Notes under the pieces: model-generated
The model's input: only the letters and a program-made list of their open reading frames with translations
Told to the model about the DNA's origin: nothing
The model's database searches: none
Shown: in pieces, positions 48,253 through 57,605 of the stretch
How positions within the stretch are numbered: the first letter of the stretch is position 1
How the letters are laid out: every line of letters begins with the position of its first letter
Program-made: the position numbers and the translations under genes
Origin: an uncultured Trueperaceae bacterium
Lineage (GTDB): Bacteria > Deinococcota > Deinococci > Deinococcales > Trueperaceae
Length of the DNA stretch: 64,000 nucleotides
Direction of reading: 5' to 3'
Assembly: GCA_963799485.1 (NCBI GenBank)
Contig: CAWCXJ010000013.1
Location: forward strand, 160,001-224,000

Positions 48253-49224
48253 ATGCGTAAACTCGCCCTCCTGCTCCTCACCGCCGCCGCCAGTCTCGGC
48301 TTCGCCCAAAACGCCAACCCGCAAGACCTCACCATCACCCTGATTCCGGGCCTTACCACCGACGCCTTTTACATCACCATGAACCGGGGCGCGCAAGCTG
48401 CTGCCGACGCCCTCGGGATCACCGTCAACTTCCAGGGGGCCGAAGAGTTTAACCCGACCTTGCAGGTACCGGTCTTGGATTCGGTCATTTCACGAGGCCC
48501 CGACGCCATTTTGATCGCGCCGACCGACTCCACGCAGCTGATCGCGCCCCTGCAAAACGCGCTCGACCAGGGGATTCCGGTCGTCACCGTCGATACCTTT
48601 ATCGGCGACGGTCAGTACCAGACCGGCTCGGGCGACGGCGACTTTCCGCTCTCATACATCGCCTCGGACAACATCGAAGGGGGCCGCATCGCCGCGCGTG
48701 CGATGGCCGAGGCAATCGGCGGTTCGGGCGCAGTGTACGTCTCGAACGTCCGGCCCGGGATCTCGACGACCGACCAGCGCGAACAGGGCTTCAAAGACGA
48801 GCTGGCGACGAACTATCCGGACATCACCGTGTTAGAAACCCAGTACAACGAAAACGACTCCTCGACCGCCGCCTCACAGTTTCAGGCCGTCCTGGCGCGT
48901 TCCCCCGACCTTAAAGGCGTGTTCGGTGCCAACCTCTTTTCGGCGCTCGGCGCTGCCAACGGCGTGCAGGCTTCAAACATGGCGGACAGCGTGACGGTCA
49001 TCGCCTTCGACGCGCCGCCCTCGATTGTTGACAACATCTCGTCGGGGCTCGTCGATATGGCGATTGCCCAGCACCCGGCGGAAATCGGGTATTACGGCGT
49101 GATGACCGCCTACGCCGCGCTGACCGGGCAGTCGGTGCCGCCTTTAATCGGTACCGGTTTTACGCTCATCACCGCTGACAACGTAGACGACCCCGAGGTG
49201 CAAAAGTTCATCTATTCGGAATAG
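48253..49224 (+). CDS. Monosaccharide ABC substrate-binding protein (RbsB-like)
   Basis: Signal peptide, IPVVTVD, SDN..GG, AFD, IAQHP; ATG 48253 after AAGGA. Confidence 0.92.
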   Translation: MRKLALLLLTAAASLGFAQNANPQDLTITLIPGLTTDAFYITMNRGAQAAADALGITVNFQGAEEFNPTLQVPVLDSVISRGPDAILIAPTDSTQLIAPLQNALDQGIPVVTVDTFIGDGQYQTGSGDGDFPLSYIASDNIEGGRIAARAMAEAIGGSGAVYVSNVRPGISTTDQREQGFKDELATNYPDITVLETQYNENDSSTAASQFQAVLARSPDLKGVFGANLFSALGAANGVQASNMADSVTVIAFDAPPSIVDNISSGLVDMAIAQHPAEIGYYGVMTAYAALTGQSVPPLIGTGFTLITADNVDDPEVQKFIYSE

Positions 49225-49231
49225 GCGCAGG

Positions 49232-49253
49232 GCGGGGAGGGTTGCCTCCCCGC
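49232..49253 (+). other. Intercistronic stem-loop after the SBP gene
   Basis: GCGGGGAGG-GTTG-CCTCCCCGC. Confidence 0.65.
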
Positions 49254-49315
49254 GAACTGTCATGAAAGGGTCTGCTTGATGCTCATTTCTGTGCTTTATG
49301 TTCTGGGAGGTCGTC

Positions 49316-50341
49316 GTGGCGCGTAGTGTGCCCGCCGAGCGTACCCCTTCAAACCGCCGTGTTCAGTTCTTAAAAGCGCTGACCGGTGCGTGGTCGTGGC
49401 TATTTTTACTGCTGGTACTGATCTTTTTCGAGGTCTGGGCGCGGGTGAGTTACGGCAGCACCTTTTTGGGCCGCGTGTACAGCGTTCAGAGTATCTTGCT
49501 GGCGACGACGCAGATTTTGCTGATCGCGCTCGGTCTGACGTTTGTCATTATCTCGGCGGGAATCGACCTCTCGATTGCTTTTACGGCAGGCTTGGCCGCT
49601 GTCACGATGGCGGTCGTGGTGCGCGCCCTCGCCGCGCAGCCGCCGCTCTTGGGCTTTCTCGCCGGACTCGTCTCTGCGCTCGCGGTGGCGACGCTGCCGG
49701 GTCTGGTGAACGGCTGGATGATCGCGAGGCTCAACGTCCCGTCGTTTATCGGGACGCTGGGCATGTACGGGATTGCGCGGGGGATGGCCTTTTTAGTCGC
49801 GGGCGGCGGCACGGTCGCCATTCGCAACCCTATCGTCACCGAGTTCGGCAACGGGCGCGTCTTCGGCGTCGTCCCGATTCCGGTGCTCGTCGCTATCATT
49901 TTTACCCTCGTGTTTCACTATCTCTTGTCCCAAACCCGGTTCGGGCTCTACACCTACGCGATGGGCGGCAACCTCAACGCGGCGGTGCGAGCGGGCGTGA
50001 ACACCAAACGTCACACGCTCATCTTGTACGTGCTGAGCGCACTCACAGCGGGCGTCGCGGGCGTCATCTATACCGCCCGGTTTTCAGCGGGCGCGGTCGA
50101 CGCGGGTGAACCCGTGCTGCTCTACGCGGTCGCGGCGGTGTTTATCGGCGGGGCGAGCTTGACCGGGGGCAGCGGCACCATCAGCGGCACGGTCATCGGT
50201 TCGCTGATTATCGCCGTCATTCAGTTCGGCCTGGTATTTATCAATGTGCCGCCCTACTATCAGTTCGTAGCCGTCGGCCTGGTGATTATCGTGGCGGTAC
50301 TGATCGACCAGTCTCGAGACCGCTTGGCGCGGCTGACATGA
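49316..50341 (+). CDS. Monosaccharide ABC permease (RbsC-like)
   Basis: GIDLS, PSFIGTLG, GGN..AA..AGV, IGGASLTGG.G; GTG after GGGAGG. Confidence 0.92.
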   Translation: MARSVPAERTPSNRRVQFLKALTGAWSWLFLLLVLIFFEVWARVSYGSTFLGRVYSVQSILLATTQILLIALGLTFVIISAGIDLSIAFTAGLAAVTMAVVVRALAAQPPLLGFLAGLVSALAVATLPGLVNGWMIARLNVPSFIGTLGMYGIARGMAFLVAGGGTVAIRNPIVTEFGNGRVFGVVPIPVLVAIIFTLVFHYLLSQTRFGLYTYAMGGNLNAAVRAGVNTKRHTLILYVLSALTAGVAGVIYTARFSAGAVDAGEPVLLYAVAAVFIGGASLTGGSGTISGTVIGSLIIAVIQFGLVFINVPPYYQFVAVGLVIIVAVLIDQSRDRLARLT

Positions 50342-51111
50342 CGGCAATCAAGACAGCACTGTTAGAGGTCAAAGACGTTCATAAACGTTTCGGCGGCACC
50401 TACGCGACGAAGGGCGTATCCCTCGAGCTTTACGAAGGTGAAGTCTTGGCCCTGGCCGGCGACAACGGTGCCGGAAAATCAACCCTCATCAAGATGATTT
50501 CAGGCGTTCACACCCCCGACGGCGGCGAGATTTTTTACAAAGGCGACTCGCTCCGGGGCCGGACGCCGCAAGAGGTGCGCGAGGTCGGCATCGAAACCAT
50601 CTATCAGGATTTGGCCCTGGCGGACAACCTGGACATCGGTATCAATTTGTTCTTGGGCCGCGAGAAAATGACGCGGTTTTTAGGCGTCCCGGTGCTAGAC
50701 CGTAAAACCATGCGCGCCGAGGCCAAACGGGCACTTTACGACCTCGGCATCGTCGTCGATGAGATGAACCGCCCGGTGCGTGACCTCTCGGGTGGGCAGC
50801 GGCAGGCGATTGCGATTAGCCGCGCGGTGTACTGGCAGGCCAAGGTGCTGATTATGGACGAGCCGACGGCGGCTCTGGGGGTTCCCGAACAGCGTGAGGT
50901 GATGGATTTAATCTTCCGTCTTAAAGACAGCGGGGTCGGTATCATCTTTATCTCGCACAACTTAAACGACATCTTCGCGGTCAGCGACCGGATTGTGGTT
51001 TTAGAGCGGGGCCGTAAGGCGGGCGAACGGTTGATTACAGAAACCGACGCCGATGAGGTTGTGAAGCTGATGATGGGGGCCGAGGGTCTCGGGCAACGCG
51101 CCCACGCATGA
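50338..51111 (+). CDS. Sugar ABC ATP-binding protein (single NBD)
   Basis: GDNGAGKST, LSGGQRQ, MDEPTAALG. Confidence 0.93.
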   Translation: MTAIKTALLEVKDVHKRFGGTYATKGVSLELYEGEVLALAGDNGAGKSTLIKMISGVHTPDGGEIFYKGDSLRGRTPQEVREVGIETIYQDLALADNLDIGINLFLGREKMTRFLGVPVLDRKTMRAEAKRALYDLGIVVDEMNRPVRDLSGGQRQAIAISRAVYWQAKVLIMDEPTAALGVPEQREVMDLIFRLKDSGVGIIFISHNLNDIFAVSDRIVVLERGRKAGERLITETDADEVVKLMMGAEGLGQRAHA

Positions 51112-52043
51112 CGCAGGGCAATCAACCGACGCTCGCCGTTCTCACCTCGGGCGGTGACGCACCCGGCATGAACATGGCGGTTCACGCACTGACTGAACAC
51201 GCAGAACGCGCACACTGGCAGGTTTTAGGCGTTCGTGAAGGGTTGCAGGGGCTTTTACAGGCGGACTTTACGCCCCTCGAGACCCAAAGCACTGCAAAAT
51301 ACACCCGGTACGGTGGGACGTTTTTGGGTAGCTCAAGGCTCCCCGATTTCAGTAGCCTTGTACCCGAGTTTCAAAAGGTCTTAAAAACCCATAACATCAC
51401 GCACCTTGCTGTAATCGGCGGCAACGGCTCGTTTCGCGCCGCCGCGCTGCTGAGTGCGTTCTTACCTGTCGCCGCGCTTCCCGGCACCATCGACAACGAC
51501 GTAACAGGCACGGAACTGAGTATCGGCTTTGACACCGCGCTCAATACCGGCCTGACCCTGCTCGACGGGATGCGCGACTCGGCGGAGTCGTTGCCCAGAC
51601 TTTTTGCGCTCGAGACCCTCGGCGGCGACACCGGCTTTTTGGCGCAAGCTGTCGCCGAAGCGGGCGGGGCCGACCTGCTCCTCGTGCCTGAACAGGTACT
51701 CACCGAAGACGCCATTTACGCACAGTTACAGAGCGTTACGGCGGCGCGGCGGTACGCGCTCATCGTCGCCGCTGAGGGCTATCCCGACCTCAGCGGTGTG
51801 CTGGAACGAGCATCAGTAAGGCTTGCGACCCGCATCCGCGTCTCCCGCGCCGGACACGCGCAGCGGGGCGGGCGTCCTACTGCCAGCGACAGACTGTTGG
51901 CGAGCCGTCTGGCTACCGCTGCATTTGAACGCTTGCAAAAAGATCAAAGCGGCGCGGCGCTCTGGCAGCGCGGGCGGGCTGTAACCGCACCGTTCGAGCT
52001 TGACGCGCAGTCCAAAGCTTTTCCCGCACCGCGCCGAGCATGA
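51108..52043 (+). CDS. pfkA: PfkA-family 6-phosphofructokinase (divergent)
   Basis: TSGGDAPGMN, GGTFLGSSR, IGGNGS, PGTIDND, GHAQRGG; the usual MGR motif reads LGG. Confidence 0.8.
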   Translation: MTQGNQPTLAVLTSGGDAPGMNMAVHALTEHAERAHWQVLGVREGLQGLLQADFTPLETQSTAKYTRYGGTFLGSSRLPDFSSLVPEFQKVLKTHNITHLAVIGGNGSFRAAALLSAFLPVAALPGTIDNDVTGTELSIGFDTALNTGLTLLDGMRDSAESLPRLFALETLGGDTGFLAQAVAEAGGADLLLVPEQVLTEDAIYAQLQSVTAARRYALIVAAEGYPDLSGVLERASVRLATRIRVSRAGHAQRGGRPTASDRLLASRLATAAFERLQKDQSGAALWQRGRAVTAPFELDAQSKAFPAPRRA

Positions 52044-52140
52044 ACCTTGAAGCGCCCGTAACTCGAGCCGCTAGCGCAGTTTTTTACGGCGCACGTCGAA
52101 TCCGCGCCGTAAAAATGCCTCAACTGCTATTTTGGAACGG

Positions 52141-53046
52141 ATGAAAACCGGTACAAGCACCGTAGTCATCGACCTCGGCGGGACGAACTTGCGTCTCGGG
52201 CATATCGGCGCGAACGGCCCGCACCCTGCCGGACAGGTTTTGCCGACCGAGCGTTTACGGCAAGCCGAACCCGTCGGTTTTTTGGCGAGTACCGTAAAAC
52301 GTTATGCCCATGAAAACAACCTGACGTTAGCCGGGGTCGTCATCGGCGTTCCCTTTACCCCCGACCGTGAAATGAGTACGGCGGTCTCGAGCCCCAACAT
52401 CCGCAACTTGGAGGGTGCGCCGCTGAAAACCGGGCTGACGGAACAGCTCGGCTGTCCGGTCAGGCTCGAGCGCGACATCAACCTCCTGGCTCTGGGTGAA
52501 TGGGCGGCGGGCGCAGTTGAAAACGTTTCGTCGGTGTTCGGGATGTTTGTCGGAACGGGCGTCGGCGGGTGTTATCTGGAAGACGGTAAACCTTACCGGG
52601 GTTCGACGGGAGCGGCGCTCGAGCTGGGCCACATCCCGATTCGGGCTGAAGGTCGGGTTTGCGTTTGCGGCAACCTGGACTGTGTTGAAGCTTACGCGTG
52701 CGGGCACGTCTTAAACGAGCTTGCCCAAAAAGCGCTGCTTAACGTCGGTGAGATTTTCGACCGGGGCTTGTCGCGCCCCGATTTGAGGCCGGTACTGCAA
52801 ACATTTGTCGATGATCTGGCGCGGACGCTCGCAACCGGCGTCAACTTGTTTCACCCGGAAGTGGCTTTAGTTGGCGGCGGCGTTACCGAGATGAAAGGGT
52901 TTCCCAAAGCGCAGTTCGAGGGGACATTTTACGCACATTTACGGCGTCCGGTGCCGTTCGAGACGGTCCGGTTACGGTGGGCCGGGTTGGGCTCGAGGGC
53001 GTCGCTTTACGGCGCTCAGGTACTTTTAGGACGTGCCGGTGGCTAG
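52141..53046 (+). CDS. ROK family sugar kinase (allose kinase-like)
   Basis: DLGGTNLR, ERDIN, GTGVG, ELGHIP, CVCGNLDCVE zinc motif; no HTH. Confidence 0.85.
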   Translation: MKTGTSTVVIDLGGTNLRLGHIGANGPHPAGQVLPTERLRQAEPVGFLASTVKRYAHENNLTLAGVVIGVPFTPDREMSTAVSSPNIRNLEGAPLKTGLTEQLGCPVRLERDINLLALGEWAAGAVENVSSVFGMFVGTGVGGCYLEDGKPYRGSTGAALELGHIPIRAEGRVCVCGNLDCVEAYACGHVLNELAQKALLNVGEIFDRGLSRPDLRPVLQTFVDDLARTLATGVNLFHPEVALVGGGVTEMKGFPKAQFEGTFYAHLRRPVPFETVRLRWAGLGSRASLYGAQVLLGRAGG

Positions 53047-53968
53047 CGGCGTTGTCGTCAGCGTCGGCGAACTGCTCGTCGAAATCATGCGTGAGGGCAC
53101 CGAGACGCCCCTCGCCACCTCCGGCACCTTTCGCGGCCCCTACGCGTCGGGTGCTCCGGCGATCTTCGCTTGGGCCGCCGCACGTCTGGGCGCAGCGGTT
53201 CGTTTTGCCGGGGTTTGCGGCGACGACCCTTTCGGGAGGCTCTGCCAGCGGCAGCTTCAGGACGCGGGCGTCGCGCTTCATGTTCGCGTCGCCCCGACCC
53301 ACGAGACGGGCGCGGCGTTCGTCAGCTACCGTAAAGGCGGCGACCGTGAGTTTTTATTCTATCTGCGGCATGCGGCGGCGGCGCAGCTCACCCCTGCCGA
53401 CGTCACGCCGGAACTCCTGGAGGGCGTCGGCTGGCTGCACGTGACGGGTTCGTCGCTGGGCGTGTCCGCAGGGATGCGTCGGGCAGTTTTTACGGCGGTT
53501 GAGCGGGCCAAAGCGCAGGGTGCGACGGTCAGTTTCGACCCGAACGTCCGCCCGGAACTCTTTCCCGGTCGGAGCCTCGCCGAGGTGTGCCGCCTTGTTT
53601 TAGAGGCTGCCGACGTGATTTTGCCGAGCCTCGCCGAAGCGGAGCAGCTTACAGGTATTGCCGACCCTGAGGAGGCTTGCCGCGCACTTTTGGCCCCTGC
53701 ACGCATCGTCCTTTTGAAACGAGGCGCCGAGGGCTGTACACTTTATGCAGATGAAAGGGCGCAGCACATCCCCGGTATCCCGGTCAGTGAAGTTGACCCG
53801 ACCGGGGCAGGCGACGCTTTCGCTGCGGGATTTGCGGTAGCGTCAATTAAAGGCGCGACGCCGCTCCGGGCTGCCCGTTTTGCCAACGCCGTCGGCGCAC
53901 TCTCGGTCACGGCCTTCGGCCCGACCTCCGCGCCGCTCTCCTCTGAGCGCGTAAAATCCCTTTTGTAA
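53033..53968 (+). CDS. PfkB family carbohydrate kinase (tagatose kinase-like)
   Basis: GELLVEIMR, GP..SGAPAIF, FDPNVR, DPTGAGDAF. Confidence 0.9.
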   Translation: MPVASGVVVSVGELLVEIMREGTETPLATSGTFRGPYASGAPAIFAWAAARLGAAVRFAGVCGDDPFGRLCQRQLQDAGVALHVRVAPTHETGAAFVSYRKGGDREFLFYLRHAAAAQLTPADVTPELLEGVGWLHVTGSSLGVSAGMRRAVFTAVERAKAQGATVSFDPNVRPELFPGRSLAEVCRLVLEAADVILPSLAEAEQLTGIADPEEACRALLAPARIVLLKRGAEGCTLYADERAQHIPGIPVSEVDPTGAGDAFAAGFAVASIKGATPLRAARFANAVGALSVTAFGPTSAPLSSERVKSLL

Positions 53969-53982
53969 GGAAGGAATACCCC

Positions 53983-54987
53983 ATGCAGATGACGCAAACG
54001 AAGTTCGACAACCTTCAGGCGTGTGCCCGGCCCAGCGGCATTATCGCAGCGCTGGCGATGGATCAGCGCGGTTCGCTGAAAAAGGCGCTCGAGGCGAGCG
54101 GCAAAACCTTCAGCGACGCACAACTTGAAGAGTTCAAAACGGTCGTCACCGAGGTGCTGACCCCGCACGCTTCGGCAATTTTGCTCGACCCGCAGTACGG
54201 CTTGGCGGCGAGCCGCGCCCGCGCCGAAAACGCCGGGTTGCTCTTGGCCTACGAGCAGAGTGGCTACGACAACTCACAACCGGGGCGCTTGCCCGACCTT
54301 GCGCCGGGGTGGAGCGTGCGCCGCCTGCAAGAAGCCGGGGCGACGGGCGTCAAACTGCTCGTCTACTACAACCCCTTCGACGACGAGAAAATCAACCGTA
54401 TCAAGCACGCGTTTGTCGAACGGGTCGGGGCGGAATGTGAAGCGGTCGGGTTGCCGCTGTTTCTCGAGCCCGTCACCTACGACGACGCCTTGCCGGACGC
54501 CGCCGAGTTTGGGGCGAAACAACCCGGTTATGTCTGCGAGACCATCCGCGAGTTTTCACGAGACCGTTACGGCGTAGACGTGCTTAAAGTCGAGATGCCG
54601 GTGTCGGGCAAGTACGTCTCCGGGCTCAGCACACCGCCGCAACAGGCGCTCTTTAGCCGTGACGAAGCCGCGGAGCAGTTTCAAAAAGCCGCCGAGCTTG
54701 CCAAACGCCCCTTTATCTACCTGTCCGCCGGGGTCGATATGACGATCTTTGCCGAAATGTTAGAACTCGCCGGCGAACACGGGGTGCCCTACAGCGGCGT
54801 GTTGTGCGGGCGCGCAACGTGGAAGGGCGGGATTTCAGTCTATGCAGAAGAAGGCAAGGACGCTATGACCCGCTATTTGGAGGGAGACGGCGTTAAAAAT
54901 ATCAACATGCTTAACGAGGTTATTGAGCGCTACGCGAAGCCCTGGTTTGAGACCTACGGCGGGCTGGAGGGGCTCGAGCTTAGCTAA
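53983..54987 (+). CDS. lacD: Tagatose-1,6-bisphosphate aldolase (class I)
   Basis: ALAMDQRGSL, ILLDPQYG, DVLKVEMP, FIYLSAGV, GVLCGRATW. Confidence 0.92.
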   Translation: MQMTQTKFDNLQACARPSGIIAALAMDQRGSLKKALEASGKTFSDAQLEEFKTVVTEVLTPHASAILLDPQYGLAASRARAENAGLLLAYEQSGYDNSQPGRLPDLAPGWSVRRLQEAGATGVKLLVYYNPFDDEKINRIKHAFVERVGAECEAVGLPLFLEPVTYDDALPDAAEFGAKQPGYVCETIREFSRDRYGVDVLKVEMPVSGKYVSGLSTPPQQALFSRDEAAEQFQKAAELAKRPFIYLSAGVDMTIFAEMLELAGEHGVPYSGVLCGRATWKGGISVYAEEGKDAMTRYLEGDGVKNINMLNEVIERYAKPWFETYGGLEGLELS

Positions 54988-55207
54988 ACGTAAAACATCA
55001 GCGGGTTTTGGCTGGCATTTTCGTAAGAGACGGTTATAGTCACCATCCTAGAACGTACGTGCTAGTCGGCAAAACTCAAACCGAGAGCGTTGCCGACCAG
55101 AAGATACCCGCCAAGCGTTGACAAACAGACACATCTCAGACCACACGGTTCGGGATGTGTCTGCTTATTCGGCGCTCACTCGCCGTAAAAAATCCAGCGC
55201 TACCCTG

Positions 55208-55729
55208 CTACTCCGCGACCCGCTGAACGTTGGGGTCGGTGAACTCGTCATATTCGTCGTGGCTGGGGCTCGAGAACTCCGACACGACGGCCCCTTCGTC
55301 ACCTCCCTGAAACCAGTGCCAGGTGTTCGGCGCAATCGTGTACTGCTCGCCGGGGCCGAGTTCGACTTCGTAAAAGACCGTGTAGTATTCGGCGCTTTTT
55401 TTGGGCACCTCGGCCTGAACCGGGCTCGGCTCACCCTCGACGTAAAGCCAAACTTTCCCCCAGCGGCAGCGAAACGTCTCCATCTTGCCCTCGCCGTATT
55501 CGGTCGGCGGGTGACGGTGCTGCGGGCACGTTTGGCGCGGCAACAAAACGAGTTCTTTGGCGCAGTAGCGCTCGTTGTTGACGTACACGACGAGAAACAA
55601 CCCCTGCGTTTCAAAATCGTTCAGGCCGAGTTCGGCGACTTCCATGTTTTCCAGCTCGGCGGGTTGCAGCACCGTTCCGGAGCGCTCGAGTAGCGCGGCG
55701 GCTCGTTGACGAACAGTATCTAGATTCAT
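55208..55729 (-). CDS. D-lyxose/D-mannose family sugar isomerase (cupin, YdaE-like)
   Basis: YVNNERYCAKEL, QTCPQHRHP, GKMETFRCRWG, HWFQ, SEFSS, FTDP. Confidence 0.92.
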   Translation of the reverse strand: MNLDTVRQRAAALLERSGTVLQPAELENMEVAELGLNDFETQGLFLVVYVNNERYCAKELVLLPRQTCPQHRHPPTEYGEGKMETFRCRWGKVWLYVEGEPSPVQAEVPKKSAEYYTVFYEVELGPGEQYTIAPNTWHWFQGGDEGAVVSEFSSPSHDEYDEFTDPNVQRVAE

Positions 55730-55738
55730 ATTGCGCTC

Positions 55739-55948
55739 CTATGCCTTGTACCGCACGGCCGAGAAAGAGACTTTAAGCTTGCTTGTAAAACTAAACTCCG
55801 GCGGAGCCTCGCGGCCTTGTTTCGAACGTCCGTATTCTAGCAGACTCGCGCCGCATAGATGCCGGTGCTCGGGGTGACCGTAGCGCTGCTGCAACTGCGG
55901 GCTGAACAAAAAGTAACCATGAGGGGTTTTGTAAGCAGTCGGCGTCAT
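55739..55948 (-). CDS. Small hypothetical protein
   Basis: 69-aa ORF ending just before the isomerase RBS; no recognisable motif. Confidence 0.35.
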   Translation of the reverse strand: MTPTAYKTPHGYFLFSPQLQQRYGHPEHRHLCGASLLEYGRSKQGREAPPEFSFTSKLKVSFSAVRYKA

Positions 55949-56003
55949 GCTACATTTTCTTGACTTCGTTTTACGGCTTTTAGTATGCTGAAGCACTTTG
56001 CCC

Positions 56004-56078
56004 GGGCGGTTAGCTCAGCGGGAGAGCACTCGCTTCACACGCGAGGGGTCGTAGGTTCAATCCCTATACCGCCCACCA
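56004..56078 (+). tRNA. tRNA-Val (anticodon CAC)
   Basis: GGGCGGT acceptor stem, D-arm TAGCTCAGCGGGAGAGC, anticodon arm CTCGC-TTCACAC-GCGAG, GGTTCAATCC T-arm, encoded CCA. Confidence 0.97.
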
Positions 56079-56167
56079 CGTCACAGACACAAGAAACGCA
56101 CCTTACTCTGAAGGCACGTTTCCCTTTTTACCGCAGAAATACCGCAGGAGATTTTTAGTCCTACAGC

Positions 56168-57311
56168 TAATACCAAACTGAAATAGCAATGTCACAGATG
56201 TAGCTGAGAAACGCCGAAGTGCCATCAGGGGAAGTTAGTCAGAAGCTCCAAACGTTCTTTAGCTTGGTGAACAGCTCGAGGACTCGGGACAGAGCATCAT
56301 GCAAAGCAGCGATTGGCTAACGCGCGGCGGAATTCCTGGAACCAGCGTTCGACCGGGTCAAGTTCAGGGCTGTAAGGAGGTAAGGCGATGAAGAGGACAT
56401 TTTCAGGAACATCAAGGTCTTCTTTGCGGTGCGCGGGGGCGTTGTCCTTGATCAGGAGAATCAGCTCGTCGGGATAGCTCTGAGCAAGTTCAGCAAAGAA
56501 GATCTCATAGCAGTCACCACCGAGCCTGGGCAAGTAAAGACTACAACTTTCGCCGGTCATCGGTTCGACTGCCGTATTGAACCACGTCCATTCATACTTA
56601 CGCGGCACTACACAAGGGGGTCTTATCCCGCTCGGGCAGTAGCGCTTTTTATACCAGTTGATTAAGCCGAAGCGGGCTTCATCCACCGCAAAAACGCGGA
56701 TGCGCTCACAGGACTGAACTTCGTCGGGGAGGGTAGCCCTTAGCCGCTCAGCAAGGTTTTTTTGAACTCGGCTTGCGCTGCCACATCCGCTTTCTTGTGG
56801 CAAGGTCTACCTGTTTTTGCTTTGAGCTTGTGGCGCTTAAACAGCTTTAAGACGCTGCTGTCATCTTTGTAATTCACTCCGTACTCGGCGACCAGCTTTC
56901 TCGCTTGAGGATAAGTCGCAAGCTCGCCACGTAGCAGCGCCTGTTCAAGTTCATCCCAAGCCTTCAAAGTCATCCGCTCGGAGAACTAGGCCCAACGGGC
57001 CGGGCTTTGCCCGCTCTAGCGCACCCGGCGGCTTATTCGTGGAGGCAAGCATCGCCGTTATATCCCGCTTGTAATACGCGCCGAGCCACCGCTGGCAGTG
57101 ACGCCGACTATAGTGGATCATCTGCGCGGCAGCTTCGGCGCTACTTGCCTCCTTTGGCTTTAGCAGTCGCAGCGGTTGCAGGCGTGTCCCTGCCACGCTG
57201 TTGCGGTGCTTCGCTGCTAATGCTTTTAGCTCTCCTTCACTCTCTTTGATCAGCTTTTCGTAGTTTTGTCGCATCTAACTATTGTGCCATGGCTTATTCA
57301 GTTTGGTATTA
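56168..57311 (-). mobile_element. Degenerate IS630-family insertion sequence
   Basis: Inverted ends TA-ATACCAAACTGAA at 56168 and 57311 (TA target duplication). HTH orfA pieces, an A-run frameshift site near 56756-56763, DDE orfB (DEARFG, DNAPAH, LPPYSPELDPVE); several lesions. Confidence 0.9.
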
Positions 57312-57414
57312 GCCTGGTTCATAAACAGAACGGTGAGGAGAACATCTCTTTAGAGTAGGTTCCGGCTTCCAGTCTAGCTCTTCAAACCACCGACTCGAAG
57401 TCGGTGGTTAAGTT
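57312..57414 (-). mobile_element. Possible IS200/IS605-type end remnant (subterminal hairpin)
   Basis: AACCACCGACT-CGA-AGTCGGTGGTT perfect 11-bp stem at 57385-57409; no tnpA/tnpB ORF nearby. Confidence 0.45.
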
Positions 57415-57458
57415 ACCCCGCGCGAGCCGCCATACCGTAAACTCGCCGAAGACAGTTC

Positions 57459-57503
57459 TTGACCCCCTCTAGTGACCGTGCTAAGGTACCGGAAACGTTT
57501 TCG
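57459..57503 (+). promoter_or_regulatory. Promoter with LacI-type operator
   Basis: TTGACC(57459)-17-TAAGGT(57482) with extended TG; CGGAAACGTTTTCG at 57490-57503. Confidence 0.7.
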
Positions 57504-57605
57504 ATATCTCAGTGACGGTCATTTTAGTCGGTCGGCTGTCGCTTAAAGGGGGTAACGGGTAGCTGCCTGTCGGTTTTTCGTCTTTCATTTTACAAGGAGG
57601 GCTAA

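Noticed and set aside
55118..55693. 191-aa plus-strand ORF
   Set aside because: Antisense to the clearly recognisable lyxose isomerase
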